Part shown: piece after piece, positions 38,119-53,901 of the stretch
How the letters are laid out: each line of letters opens with the position of its first letter
Position numbering within the stretch: the stretch's first letter is position 1
Notes under the pieces: generated by a model
Database searches by the model: none
Told to the model about the DNA's origin: nothing
What the model saw: the letters and a program-made list of their open reading frames with translations, nothing else
DNA from: Octopus sinensis
Lineage: Eukaryota
Assembly: GCF_006345805.1 (NCBI RefSeq)
Contig: NC_043004.1
Coordinates: 49,724,001-49,788,000, forward strand
Length of the DNA: 64,000 nucleotides
Direction: 5' to 3'
Made by a program: the position numbers and the translations under genes

Positions 38119-39191
38119 TCATATATACAAACGTTATGGAAACACTATATATTACACTATATGCTTATAGAAACCATATATGTACACAAGGAGAGGGTAG
38201 GTCCCGGTGTGCCTGAGTTCCTACTCTTTTCTTTATATAAAAAGTGCTCTTCTTGTCAAGTTTTTAATTTGTCAAGTTTTTAATTTGAAGAAAATACACG
38301 TTAGTAACGTGTTTGGCTTTTAGCTACTGGTTCCACAATTACTAAATCAACATGTCAAAGGAGTTGACTTAGTACAGTTACCAATACGCGAATATTAAAA
38401 CTAAAGAAATAATGCAAAACGCATACACTTTTAATATGAAATCGATTCATAAAGATATAATTTTCATTAAAAGGGAAGAAAAATACCTGGATAAGTTTTT
38501 ACAAAACGATATAAGTTTTCTTAAAGTACGAAGGTAGGTCTTTCCCACGATAAACCCTTTCACCGCTCATTTCCTTTAATGTATCTGGCTTTATATCTAT
38601 ATTACAAATCAATATTAAAACATAGGAGCGGTAAAGATAAAAAAATTTGTTTCTAAGCCTTTTGTAACGACAAAGCAAACCAATCCTTGAAATATGTTTA
38701 ATAGAGTATGAATTTATCATTTTATAATAAGATAGGTGCATCACCTACAAACAATATATACATGCATGTTTGTGTGTGTGTGTGTAGATGAATAGTATGC
38801 TTTGCTGCAATACATTTTACCAGAATTTTTCGGTCCAGTTAAGTAATCTATTACCACGGAATCTTTGCTGTGTTAAACTGTTTTATCTAAGCAAAGACAG
38901 ATTAGATTGATATGGGGAAGAGTTACTTGATATCAGAGTAAATACAAAGCCAAATGCATTGAATACACGTGTCCTTAGTTGTTATGCAACTAGAAGCATG
39001 TGCGTTAAATGCATTCAAAATATAAGCCTTTGAGCTTGTGTTTATTTTGATATATATATATAGGAAAGAAAGTTATTTTATTCCATCGATCACTTATGTC
39101 GAACCGTTAAGTTACGTGACATAAACACACCAAAACCGGTTAAGTCTTTAAAACTAAACTATCTACAAAACTCCCAGTACATTTTCGCCTT

Positions 39192-39225
<34 letters not shown>

Positions 39226-39247
39226 ACACACACACTGACACACACAG

Positions 39248-39278
<31 letters not shown>

Positions 39279-39649
39279 CACACACACAACGCATAAATGT
39301 ACATAAAACAATAAAAGAAACGTTAAACCTTTTCCGACATTATCATCATAAAGCAAACTGTTATGTCAACAGCGTATCACAGATTTATAAAAATTTAGGA
39401 AATTCAGGAAAAAATCGTTACAAATGGTTATATTTGTGACTGATGTTTATGTAAGTTTGCTAGAGAACAATTTATTATTTTTGCTATTTTGATATTTTTT
39501 TCTTATTTTCTTCACAACTACAAGAATATCAAACGCGATTAAACATTGGAAACTTCTTTGATTTGGTCCACCTCTTTGCCAAATATAACCGTATTGCTGA
39601 GAACCATCAAGTGTGTTGCATATTAAAAGAAATCGCAGATGTCAATGCT

Positions 39650-41150
39650 CTCAGATTGCATTCAGAAGGATATACCCAAGTTTTGGGTTACTTATTTGAG
39701 AAAATCGATAACAAATAAAATCAACGGAGCATTTCTTCTGCATGAACGTACAGATGTCTCCCTTCACTGAGCAGGCTTGCCTGTGCATACGGTATGTATG
39801 TGAAAGTTTCATTGAGGTGTGATATAAAGTCTACAACTGCTGAAAAGCTGTAGGAGATAATCTTGTCCTCGTCTCCTTTTCTTTTGAAAGAAGTGGTTTA
39901 CAGAGAGAAAATATGAGGGGTTAGGGCCGTGAAAGATCTGTCAATATTGTTTGATCGTACAAGGATCTTCACTTGAGGATTCTTCTTCACAGTGAGAAAC
40001 AGCTTTATATGTTCACTGTTTGAACTTTGTGCGTATTGCATAAAATCAAGTTGTTATTATGTCACATTCTTCAATGAAGTAGAAAAGTTATAAAGTTTCA
40101 TTTCAAGCGGTAAGCTTCATGCATCAGAACTTAACTGTTCATTCTACACTGGATCGTATGTTCAAGAACCGAAAAACTCTGTGAAAAGAGACAACCTCGC
40201 AGAGAAGTATCTATGGAAAACTTAAAGAAGATATTTTCGGCTCTGGAATAGTTTCTAGTCAAGATGTGTGAAAGTAGTCCACGAGACACTGCTGCTGAAG
40301 ATGAAACTGGACCCTTCACTTGCTGGAAAATTTAGCTGGAATTCCAACAAGTGTTACATAGCATCAATTTTTTAGTTAATTCTTTGCTTTGAAATTGCAG
40401 CACGAGAATTCATGGAGACAGCTACTGCATCAGATGTCTTCCCGCAATAGCACCTTGATTTACCAGCTTCTTGTACAAATGACTGATAGAGTGCTGAAGT
40501 GACTTCATGGTTTTTGGATTGAAGGTATTATATTTACTAAAGGTATATTTACTAAAGGCAATATATAAAAATGTAACGCAACTAGCACAAGATGCAGGTA
40601 TTGACATTCCAAAGAAAATTTCAGGTCAAAACAGCGAGGTTCAATTCGAGTATGCCTGCAACAACAGATCAGCTGTCACAGAGTTTTATCAGGTAAACAT
40701 ATATGTTACACATTTCTGAATATATTTGCTCAAGAAGTAAGGAAGAAATTTAAAGGAAATGATAAAAAAACAGAGGAAAAATCATAGAGGCTCCCTTCTA
40801 AAGCTCAATATCTTTATATTGCTTGTAAGTTGTATGGTTTTGAAGAGGAGAACAAAAGTTTTGACAGAATTGAGCGTATTTCATTCATGTTAAAACATTA
40901 CCTGAGATTCACCTCAATTATTGTATTAAAGAAAACGATGCTGGTTTCGTCTTCCCAGCTGAGTGTGTATGTGTTATGTAAAACTTATGCAGCGCTTTCC
41001 CATACAATAGTCACTGTGAAGCACCTCTTTACGTAGCTCAAATTAAATCAGTAAAAACTACGGAGCCTCTGTGGTGTAGAAGAAAGGCTTTCTAATTTCA
41101 CGTTGCTCACAATTAAGAAAGACAGTCCTGTTGGTAGTGAAGTAATAAAC
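39650..41150 (+). pseudogene. hAT-superfamily transposase remnant (ZMYM1-like/Charlie type)
   Basis: HERTDVS.TEQACLCIRYV resembles the DExTDxS..EQ..CIRYV catalytic motif; TIVTVKHLF..LRSLCGVEERLSNFTLLTIKKD resembles the hAT dimerisation domain. Many stops and frameshifts. Confidence 0.75.
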
Positions 41151-41763
41151 ATTTCCAGCACTTAGTTAATTGGCGAAAGCTATTATGATCTATTAAAGTA
41201 TTTTGGTTCTGTTCTTCAGTTTGCATTTTATGGTAGATGATCAAAATATAGTTTTTTTCTTTTGTATTTTCCTGGTAATGGTCAATAGTTTTCTATTGCT
41301 GCTTAAGTGTTGTACATACTTATTTCTATAAATCTAATTTAGAGCTTCCAGTTATTGCATATATAAATGCATGTCCAGCAGAATAGACTAATTTCTTTGA
41401 CGAGTAAGTAAAATTGAATAATGGTTCTATACTAAATCGAATATTTTAATATCACCATATTTCTTGAAAATTTTGCAATAAAAGCATGCCTGATATTTAC
41501 TACAAATTTTCATATATTTTCTTTAATCAGCTTGATATATAAAAATAACGTATATGACAATAATGGTTTTGACTGTATGTATGACTTTAAGTTTCGCTTG
41601 ACAGCTTACTCGACCGGTCTTGTTGAATAAGCCATTAGGCGAAACGTACAGTCCCAGTCAAAACTAATTTTAGAATAAAATAGATTCTACTTTCAGTATT
41701 GAATTTCCCTCACAGTAAATGTTCTATTGTTACTTGCTTTAAAATAATAACTTCAACATAACA

Positions 41764-42135
41764 GGCGCAGGAGTGGCTGTGTGGTAAGAAGCTTGTTTAC
41801 CAACCACATGGTTCCGAGTTCAGTTCTACCTCGTGGCATCTTTGGCAAGTGTCTTCTACTATAGCCTCGGGACGACCAAAGCCTTGTGAGTGGATTTGGT
41901 AGACGGAAACTGAAAGAAGCCCGTCGTATATTATATATATAGGTATATGTTTGTGTGTCTGTGTTTGTCCCCCCAACATCGCTTGACAACCGATGCTGGG
42001 ATGTTTACGTCCTGGTCACTTAGCGGTTCGGCAAGAGAGACCGATAGAATAAGTATTAGGCTTACAAAGTCGATTTGCTCGATTAAAGGCGGTGCTCCAG
42101 CATGGCCACAGTGAAATTACTGAAACTAATGAAAG
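41764..42135 (+). mobile_element. Family B SINE
   Basis: ggcgcaggagtggctgtgtggtaagaagcttg head, box B ggttccgagttca, and the canonical body. Confidence 0.88.
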
Positions 42136-42257
42136 AATAAAAGAATAACATCTAAAGATGATGAGTTTAATGGAATTCAAGAATGCCTTGTACATACAAT
42201 TTTGAAATTGACTTTTTCATTGTTTCTTTTTTATTTGTGTGTGTATATATATATGTG

Positions 42258-42302
<45 letters not shown>

Positions 42303-42306
42303 GCGC

Positions 42307-42337
<31 letters not shown>

Positions 42338-42829
42338 TGTGTGCGTGTGTGTCTGTTGCCAATATGATATAGAATTCATTAAAAAAGATTTAGTGGAATG
42401 CTCTTTTTATTTTCACGCATCTGAATTTCTGAAAGTCTATGCGCATCACTGATATCCACATGTTCATAGAATGTTTCATTTACACTATTTTCTCATAGAA
42501 ATCTTTTTCAAAATACATGACCTTACTGAGAGATTATACTATCGATATATCGCAGTATAAATCGTACAACAATCTTGTTGCTTCAGTAACCTCTGACTTG
42601 TATTACTGTGACACGAGAACAAATTGCACAAAAGTTTGTGAAAAATTGGGTTTTTAGATAAATAAATTCATGCGGTTCTTTGCAATGTTACTAGAACTAA
42701 TACGTAAAATATTTTTATCGTAGTATTTTATGTTGTCTTTTTTGATGTTTTTTGTTGTTCTATTCTTTCTCTACAACTTCTGTTGAACCGTTTCTGAAAT
42801 TTATACAATTTTGACCTCTTTTCAGACAT

Positions 42830-43580
42830 GACAATGGAGAGCAAAGTAGAAAAAAAAATTAAAAAGAACGAACATGTTCAACACTTGTTTCTCTTTACTT
42901 TCAATCGAGGTTAAAAAAAACCTTTCAAAGCCGCCTGAAACATTTGTGCAGTGTACAGAGAAGGCACTGTTACTGAGAGAACTGCAAGAAATGGTTTTCA
43001 TGCTTCAAGAAGGGTAAATTCGACCTCATAGATTCTCTGCGCTCCAGATGACATGTTCAGTTCGATGAGGCTCGATTCAACGAGCTTATCCACGAAGATC
43101 CGCGCCAATTCACTTAGGGATTGGCCCAGCAGATAGGATGTTCTCCTGGTACCGTTAATTGTTACCTTCACTCAATGGAGTAATATCCCAAAACTCGGTG
43201 CCATGAATGCTATACGCGTTGAACAAATGAGACAAGCTACAGCGTTCCTCTATCATCGCCAGTTTGCTCCCTCGATACCAATCTACTGGTGGACACAAAC
43301 AAAGATTTCTTCGTTGATGAAAAATGGTATTTTCACGTTGATATGAAGCAGAGAAAAGAAAGGAAGAGTTTCAACAAGCAAGCGACATCACGAGCCAAAC
43401 TAGAGGTGCATCTATGCAAGACAATGACATACGTTTAGTGAAATTAGGAAGGACTGATCCACTACGAAATGTTTGAAAACAACACGATTAATGCAGAGCT
43501 TTACGTTTGGTAAATGCACCGCCTCAACGATGCAATCCAGCTGGAACGACCAGAACAGTGACATGGTTAACCAACTAGAA
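42830..43580 (+). pseudogene. Mariner transposase remnant
   Basis: KKNEHVQHLFLFTFNRG..NICAVY.EGTVTERTA.KWF..FK.G.FDL.D..RS, later VDETWYFHV..QRKE; same family as 14700-15308. Confidence 0.8.
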
Positions 43581-44159
43581 ATACTAGCCAAATCCCCTTA
43601 AGGGTGAGCACATTCGATTACATAGTCTAGAGTACAATATATCTTACAATATATCTAAAAAAAACGCCATACAGGGGCAATAATGAAAATAAACATAAAT
43701 ATTGTTTTATTAAGCAAGATGTGACAAAAAATATTTGTCACCAGCATTATAGTACTACTATATATTTTTAAAACAAGATACAATTTCGGATTCTGGTTGG
43801 GCCACAATGTTTCCTGCTCGGGAAGAGTTGGTTAAAAACTTATACCATTACGCGATACCAGCTTGTAACTATGTTATGACATCAGCCAGCATTTTATGAG
43901 TTAAGACTCAAAGTTACATAAAATCTAACTGATATTAAATACTTATTTGTTTACATATCCCTGTTGAAAAATTAAATGAGTGAAGAATCAATTTTCTCAA
44001 GATTCTCTCAATAGCTATGAATGAAATGCTCGTTTCGTATCATTTTTTGCTTTTGATAACCATTAAACGGCGAGAAAGGGTTGTATGACTGTGTGTTTAA
44101 CGGATAAAACTCTACCGTAACAGGTCATCAGAAGAAAATATGTGTACATATTAGCAATA

Positions 44160-46300
<2,141 letters not shown>

Positions 46301-47135
46301 ACTGAATACATGCACACATTCATATATACATATGGAATACCTCTTCACACACATACACAACAGTAATGAAACCAACACACTTGTATACTAAAGTGATATG
46401 TGCACTAAATGAGTTCGAGTTTATCTACACATACATATATATGCACACACTAATTCACAGATCCAACAATCCAAAAGCTGTCTTGATTTAAACAAACGAA
46501 TTTTGCCACTTTTTATTGATCGGTTTGAATCCTGCAATGGAAAGAAAAGAAAAGAACTCAAATAAATCCCCCCAAATTAAGGTGCTTACAAACATCCACC
46601 AACCCACCCATCCATCTACCCACCATTCAATCAACTAACCAGTCAATCAATCAATCAATCAATCAATCAATCTATCAAAGTAGCATAGTGTTTTGTATTG
46701 TGTCTATGGTGAAGCCATTTTAACTTCAATAGCCGGGTCCACTTAATTATAAGTAGACACCGCAGTTTAGTTTATTGTGCTGTATCCATGACCAATACAG
46801 TCAACTGTTTAGAGTCCTGAACTCTAAATAGCCTACCTAGTTTCTAGACAATTCCATGTGGCTTCATTGCACTGTTTCTATCGTTAAAACACTTAACTGA
46901 TCAGTCCTCTTAAATTCAAGCAGGTACCACAACGTGGTACACTTTATCTCTATAAGTAGTGGCAACACTGTTGAACTAAACAGTTAGATGTAATAGACAG
47001 TTATACTAAAGAAAATGTGATGTAGTTTTCTTTGGGCCTTCAGTTGGAGTCGTGTCACATAGCGTGCCTTGGGCATTTTAAACCTAACGGAGCCTATCCT
47101 CTCCACGTCTGAACAGAGCCAATTTCTTCTCGATC

Positions 47136-47179
<44 letters not shown>

Positions 47180-47919
47180 TGTAGATATGTAGATAGGTAG
47201 ATAGATAGATAGATATATTGATAGGTAGATAGATTGGTAGATAGGTAGGTAGATAAAGAGAGAGAACTGACGCCAATACAGGACTGGTATTCTATACATC
47301 GACCCTGAAACAATTATGGCATGGAGAAGTTAATATGCAAAGATAAAGTTTTGTAGCCAATAATATATATAGCTATTTCATGCGCTAAACACATTTAAAC
47401 TTGCCGAGGAACACCGTCAGAGCTTTATAAAAACAGGTTTATCTGAAAGAGAAGGTAACATAACTTTTACAAAATAATATTTTGTTTTAGAGTTAAATCG
47501 ACATATTTCTAGGTAAGAGGTAAATTGAATCGACCCCTTATAATTTTTAGGACTGATGTTTTTTATCAGTCTTATTTTTAACGCTATTTGAGCTTAGAGC
47601 ATAAAGGACTGTAAGTAAATATAACAAAATATTTTGTTTGTCGCCATATTTGCTTTATGTCACTCTCAACACTAGATTAAATATTTTCAGGTAAATTTCA
47701 TAAAAATGTTTAACTAATTATAATGACCTCAGTATTTAACTGCACTTCATTTTTATCGACACCGGAAGAGTTAAAAACTGAAGATGACCGTAGCATGATT
47801 CGAACTCAGGACGTAAAAAGACACGTCTAAATACTGCAACGCATTTAGTGTGCCGCTCTATTGATTCTATCATGCACCAGGTTTTTTAGAATTAAATAAT
47901 GAATATTGTTTTCCTCTCT

Positions 47920-48830
47920 TTCGATGTCCAACACCAGTGTTTAGTGATAGTTTGTTAGATTTTCTACGGTTGTACAGGGTGTTATTTTCAAAATATTTTC
48001 CTAGCATTTTTCTTTTTTTTTATAGAGTTATAAAAAAAACCGCAGGTTCATCTCTAATAACTTTTGTTGTCTATTTACATGCTGTTTTGTTGGTTATCAA
48101 GTTTTTTTTTTTCAGTTGAAATTGTGGTCGTTTTGTTGGTTGATTATGAGTGTGGTTGTTTTTGTGGCTGTAACTGTGGTTGTTGTTTCTTGCTTGATGT
48201 GGTTGTTGTAAAATTAATGTGGTTTTTCTTCACTTTGCATCAGTTGCTGTTAATGGAAAATATCTTGTCGTCCCTGCCTTTTATTATTTTCGCTATTTTG
48301 TGGAGTTAATTGCAATTGTCGTCACAGTTGAGACTGCCCTCATCACTGGGAGGAGGTTTCGAGAGAGAGAATTCTAAGACAAGTTTTCCACAACACTTCT
48401 TTTTAATTCCTTTCCGTTAACTTACAAAAGAAAGTTGCAAACTGTTTAAGGGTTTCAGTTATCAAAATGACACAAACACCTTTGGTGTTATTCATTTAGC
48501 ATGATCTCTGATATCTCTGTTGTGACTATGAATGACCGGAATATGTTATGTTCATTTTTTTATATATACTTTTTGCTCCAGAGGTTGATTTTATCAGGAA
48601 GTAAGATTATGCAATCTGGTTTTTATTACTATTTGATTTCCAGAACAATTCTTTCAGGTTTATTTTCTTTGTCTATCGTAATAGTTTTGTGAAGGACAAA
48701 GAATAAATCCTTGAATAAGAATGGAAAATCCCCACATCCACATGGTACATAATGTTGTAAAGAAAGCAAGAAACCAGCCAAGATATTCGCTTCCAAGAGC
48801 CCGGATACGGTGCAACGAACTAACATTTGA
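47920..48830 (-). pseudogene. Possible Penelope-like RT C-terminus / GIY-YIG region
   Basis: Minus-strand pieces DLFFVLHKTITIDKENK, CNCN..FSINSN*C and NLTNY..IERGKQYSL resemble Penelope motifs (IF..GL.ITI..N.K; CNC..CPL.G.C; LSKYIW.LK). Very degraded. Confidence 0.4.
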
Positions 48831-50245
48831 AAGGCTTGTTTTATTAGTTAATCAAGCGTTTAGCATTGTTTAATGGGCTGTGATTCCACGCTTTATTCAG
48901 TTCATTGGACCACCAGAACATAAACTTGTATCTGACACCGAACACAAACATCCTGCATCCAACATTGAACATTAAACTATTAAACGCCGAATGGAGGCTA
49001 TTAAATGCAATTTATCTTTACAATTTCATCAACAGTACAGCGTTAATGTTCTCAGCACACAATCAAAGGTGGACAGCTAAATTTCACATACTTTCTTGCT
49101 CTTCTGTCTAACTTTTCCAGTGTTTTAATGAAATTTTCTGTACCATTTTTTCTTTCCATTTCTTTCTTTTTTAATGTCAGAATATAGTATTTACTCTACA
49201 AAATGTATTCTTAGATCAACATAAAACAAACAAAAATATTAGAATAGGGTTATTTTGAATACTGACAAGTTAAAGTAACTTTGAAATGAAAAGGACTGTC
49301 GTTTCGGATTCAGGTTCAGAAGAACTGACGTTAGAAATAAATTCCTCTACTGATTTAAAGTCTGTGAAATATTAATTTAAAATTTGTAGAATGTTATTAT
49401 TTTAAATAAAAGATATGTATGCCTAAAATAGAGAAAAAATACATATAAAATAATAAAAGATTTTGCGCGCAGCGCTGAAACTTTCTAAATTTATATCGAC
49501 AGCTATAACTGTCGTCTGCTACACAAAGAAACCATGTTGAAATTGCCGCGCTGATGAAAATATTTCTATGGAAAGCCATTAAGGTAACTTTTCAAAGGTC
49601 AACTTCAGTAGGAGCTCAGAGCACTAGTTTTTCAGGATTCTGTTGAGCTTCACAATAGAAACAAAACAAGTGAAATGGTATTTTCCATTTTATAAGTAAT
49701 AACTCAATTTAAAACAGTGTCTTTTTTTTTCTTTTTCTGTCGTGTATTCGTTTATTTGATATAAGCATTACTGAATATAAATTTCGGATCACTTGACAAT
49801 GGCATCTTATGTTAATTCATTGTCATACTGAAACTGCAAATAATAAAGCGTAAATGTAAATAACACACAAGTATGTATGTATGTATGTATGTATGTATGT
49901 ATGTATTTATGTATGTATGTATGTATGTATGCATGTATGTATGTATGCATGTATGTATGAGTGTATGTGTGTGTGCGTGCGTGCATGTGTCTGTGCGTGC
50001 GTATGCATGCATGTATGTATGTATGTTTGGATATATGTATGTATGTATGTAAATGAACAGATATTGGTCAAAAAGTTCACACAGTAACACAGTGTTTCGG
50101 TTTGGAGTAGAAAATGATATTCTTAGAAGCTCTAAGTAAAGACTCATGTAACAAGCGACTCTACATTATAATATATAAATGAATAAATAAATACATAAAT
50201 ATATACATAAACATACATGCATACACTCACTAACTCATATACATA

Positions 50246-50284
<39 letters not shown>

Positions 50285-50505
50285 AAAATATATATATATA
50301 TGTATATAAGCGTGTTGGTGTGAGTGTAGCTGTGTGTACACGCTCAAGTGTGTGAAACTCGGCGTTTGTATATGAATACATTCTTATATATATATATATA
50401 TATATATAAGCATGTATTCTGAGTATCTTATTTCCTCTAATATATAATACCTGTACATCACCTCCAAACCCTCTAATATATATGTGTGTGTGTGTGTGTG
50501 TGTGT

Positions 50506-50536
<31 letters not shown>

Positions 50537-50619
50537 TGTGTGTGTGTGTGCGTGTTTATATAACACATACACACACATTTGGACATCCCTTCCCTTTTTT
50601 CGAAAAACATGTTCGCTGA

Positions 50620-50998
50620 TCACATTATTTACATTCGACGGATATTTGTCCTCATCTTGTTTGTTGTTAACACAAAGTTCGGCTGATATACCCTCCAGCC
50701 TTCTTCAGGTGTCTTGGGGCATATAGTGTAGTGTTTAAGAGCGCGGGCTACATACCCCAAGATTCCGAGTTCGATTCCTAGCAGTGACCTGAACAACAAC
50801 AACAACAACAATAATAATAATAATACTAACAACATCGAAAAATACCTTAGGAATGAGAACACAAGTTCGAAATTTCCCCAAGACACCTAGAGAAGGCTGG
50901 AGGGTATATCAGCCGAAACGTTGAGTTAACAACAAACAAGAAGAGGACAAATATCCGTCGAATGTAAATAATGTGCATAATTCCTCATCTCTTAAATA
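50620..50998 (+). mobile_element. Composite non-autonomous element: inverted tail, tRNA-like head, (CAA/TAA)n, hammerhead-bearing Penelope-type tail
   Basis: About 98-bp inverted arms (50622-50719 and 50876-50973); box A-like tagtgtagtgt (50724-50734); box B gagttcgattcc (50767-50778); hammerhead fold 50882-50927; direct repeat TCGCTGA at 50613-50619 and 50999-51005. Confidence 0.8.
50882..50927 (+). ncRNA. Minimal type I hammerhead ribozyme motif (core mutated in this copy)
   Basis: gacac-CTAGAGA-A-GGCTG(gagggtatat)CAGCC-GAAACGTT-gagtt. The inverted copy (minus strand, 50667-50713) has an intact CTGAAGA core but GAACTTT in place of GAAACGTT. Confidence 0.65.
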
Positions 50999-51249
50999 TC
51001 GCTGAGATACAAAAATTTCAACCAAAGGTTCGATATAAAAAGTTTCGAGATCAGCAGTAAAATATCGACAACTTTTCTGAAATTTATCAAAATTCAATTG
51101 CAAAAGTAATGAATTATCTGAAAAATATGAATATCAATACTTTTATACTTTTGAAATAAAATTTCTTTGTAGCATTTAAACAATTTAATATTCCGTATCC
51201 GGTAATAAATTTCGAATGACTTCTTGAATATCTTTGTAAACTCTCGTCT

Positions 51250-51650
51250 GTGCTACATGAACTTTATTATCAAAAGTGAAGAATATTGTAAGAAACAAAT
51301 GAGGGTTGTAAAGTATTATTTGAGTTTAGTTGTTATATACACTGGCTATCTCATCACTTATTAAGCTGCGAAATTCCTTTTTCTGTATCGGCAAATCATA
51401 TGGCAATTCTGTTCAGAATTTGCTAGCTACAATATTTTGCTTTCCTTAATGTTTCCGCAGCAACAAAATCTTTGAACTGAGTCCTGTTTTCTTCACTCAC
51501 GAAAATCATTTAAATCATTTTCGAAGTTTAATATTCTAAGTTAATTCGCGCAACCTTTCTTCTCTTTCTATTGGTCTCTGATTTCAATGTTTCTGAAGAT
51601 GGGTCCAAAGTATCTAATAATTGAATAATTATTTAGGGTATTGCTAGCTT
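51250..51650 (-). pseudogene. Possible Penelope-like pre-RT region
   Basis: Minus-strand NFENDLNDF followed by a frameshifted FADT resembles the Penelope FE.DL..L..ADKT segment. Confidence 0.35.
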
Positions 51651-51786
51651 ATAACCTTTCTATATCTAACAGAATAAAATGCCGTGAAATTTGATAAAAA
51701 TAATTCTGTATCAAATTCCGCATCATCAAACGTTTTATTTAGCATGTGCAAAATATTATTTGTTCAACCAAATCAAGAAATATTGT

Positions 51787-52205
51787 GGATCTTTTCGGTT
51801 TGAACGGCAGTTTTTTCTAGCGGTGTCATATGAAATTGTCACCCATAATTATGACCCTAGTATCGATCTATTGCATTTCCATCTGTTTTAGGGTTAGGGT
51901 TAGGGGTGGGGGGAAGAGTATCTTTTTTTCTTCACAAATGTAAATAAACCCAATCTGTTTTTTAAACGAGGGACATATTCATACGGCACAGAATGCTTTT
52001 TTTACCTCAATGGACGTCATTGATTGGTTGAAATTGCAGAAATTGAAGAAAAAAAACAACAAATATCTTACAAACTATAGAATTTTCTCAATAAAGCTAA
52101 GAGAAAAAGATGTTTTATAAACACATTCTACCAGTATACGAAGTTTAAAATTTTTTAGTTACCTAGAAATTATGTTAAAAACTTCCGTTCAAACCGAAAA
52201 GATCC
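51787..52205. mobile_element. MITE with short TIRs, 8-bp TSD AATATTGT and internal TTAGGG repeats
   Basis: GGATCTTTTCGGTTTGAACGG at 51787 and CCGTTCAAACCGAAAAGATCC ending at 52205; AATATTGT at 51779-51786 and 52206-52213; gggttagggttagggg at about 51891. Confidence 0.9.
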
Positions 52206-53811
52206 AATATTGTTGATGAACATTCCAAAAAATTTACAGATATAGTTTTAATTAAAATTAATGAAGTTTCTTTAATAATAATACATATTTCCGATTTGTT
52301 TTTTGATAATATTTCTGAAAATGCCATTCCTTCGTGATTCCCCTTGCATGCTCTGCAATGAGTGTCGAGAAAACTGGAATGCAAGAAATTCCTTTAACTG
52401 ATTTTGTTCTTAATTTAGAATTTCACTTCCATATCTGACAGTGGATTATTTTTACTTATTGTAAATTATGTTTTAAAATATTACCAGTTAGTTAAATTTC
52501 CTTTTCAATTATTTTGTCAAAAGCTGTGATGAGTTTCATTTCTTTTAAATCCTTTAATATGTTTTACAACATTTGCATATATTTTATGCATATATTTTAA
52601 GGCAGTGCTCAAGTGATCGGAGTAAGGCAGTGCTCAAGTGATCGGAGACCTGGCCCTCAGATGCTTGCAACAGACTGAATCCTGCTAAAGACATCCAGGA
52701 GCCCGCTGATATGATGTTAAAACGAGTGCCAAATTAAGTATGAAGTATGATGTTTTAGAAAATTTCGTTTATTTTCGTTCCGTTTTATATTGTGAAGCAG
52801 GCTAACCATTTTTTTTTTCTTGATACACATTTGTTTAACAATAATGAAACATTTCCCAAGGGACGTCTTTTATATGAAGAGGTAACTGATAAATAGTGAA
52901 ATAAGCGCTAACGACCAGTACTATTGTGTAAGAAATAAACACTGATTATTGCTACTGAAGTGGCATTTAAAATACTTAGCAAACCACTCCCTACTACACG
53001 TCACCATTTCATATTTAATCAATTTTGGATTTCGGAAGTATACCCATTACCTGACTCTTACGCACACACACATACACACACCATTGACATGTTAATCAGT
53101 TCATTGGTTAGTCTTAAGTACATTTCAGTAATTCATTTAATTAACTGTTATATACACAACTCACCAGATGCACCACGCTAATGATATTTTCTTTTCATTA
53201 GAAGTGTAATTATAAATTACTAAAAAGATTTGTTTGTGGTCCACTATATTAAGTTTAGTAGCCCCTATTTAACTATAGATTCTTCATGCAGAAAACAACC
53301 CTGGGAAAAATTTTCAGTGTTATTAGTTTTAATTACTTAATCAGTTACTTTTACTTTTAACCCCAAATCTATATATAGTTTTTCAGTCATTCTAGGCTCT
53401 TGTACTTATACGCATGATTATGCTTCGCTGATAAAGTCTAATTAGGTAGAAATATGTCTGGTTTTATTACCATAGTTACCAAAGATTAAGCTCACTCCCA
53501 ACTTCAGCCGAACTTTATGTAATCTGGATATCGGAGTTGCCTACCTTTTCATTATTGACAGAAATTATTATTAACGTTATTATTTTTCTTTTCATTATTT
53601 CTTTACTGATGTATTTTTTTATTGATTAACAGCTTTTTGGAGGTATTAGCGATATTAAGTACGTATTCTCCCCAACATTGTTATTGTTCAACAATGTTTG
53701 TCTTTCCTTGATATGAGCATATTCTCGATTCATTAAAGTCATCCTGCTTACCGCTTTAAACGTTAGATGATTATATACATACATACATACATACATACAT
53801 ACATACATACA

Positions 53812-53845
<34 letters not shown>

Positions 53846-53901
53846 CATACATACATACATACATACATACATACATACATACCCCCCCATATATATACAT
53901 A

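Noticed and set aside
50716-50790. Functional tRNA gene
   Set aside because: There is no acceptor-stem pairing, box A is imperfect, and no oligo-T terminator follows; it is treated as a SINE-type head.
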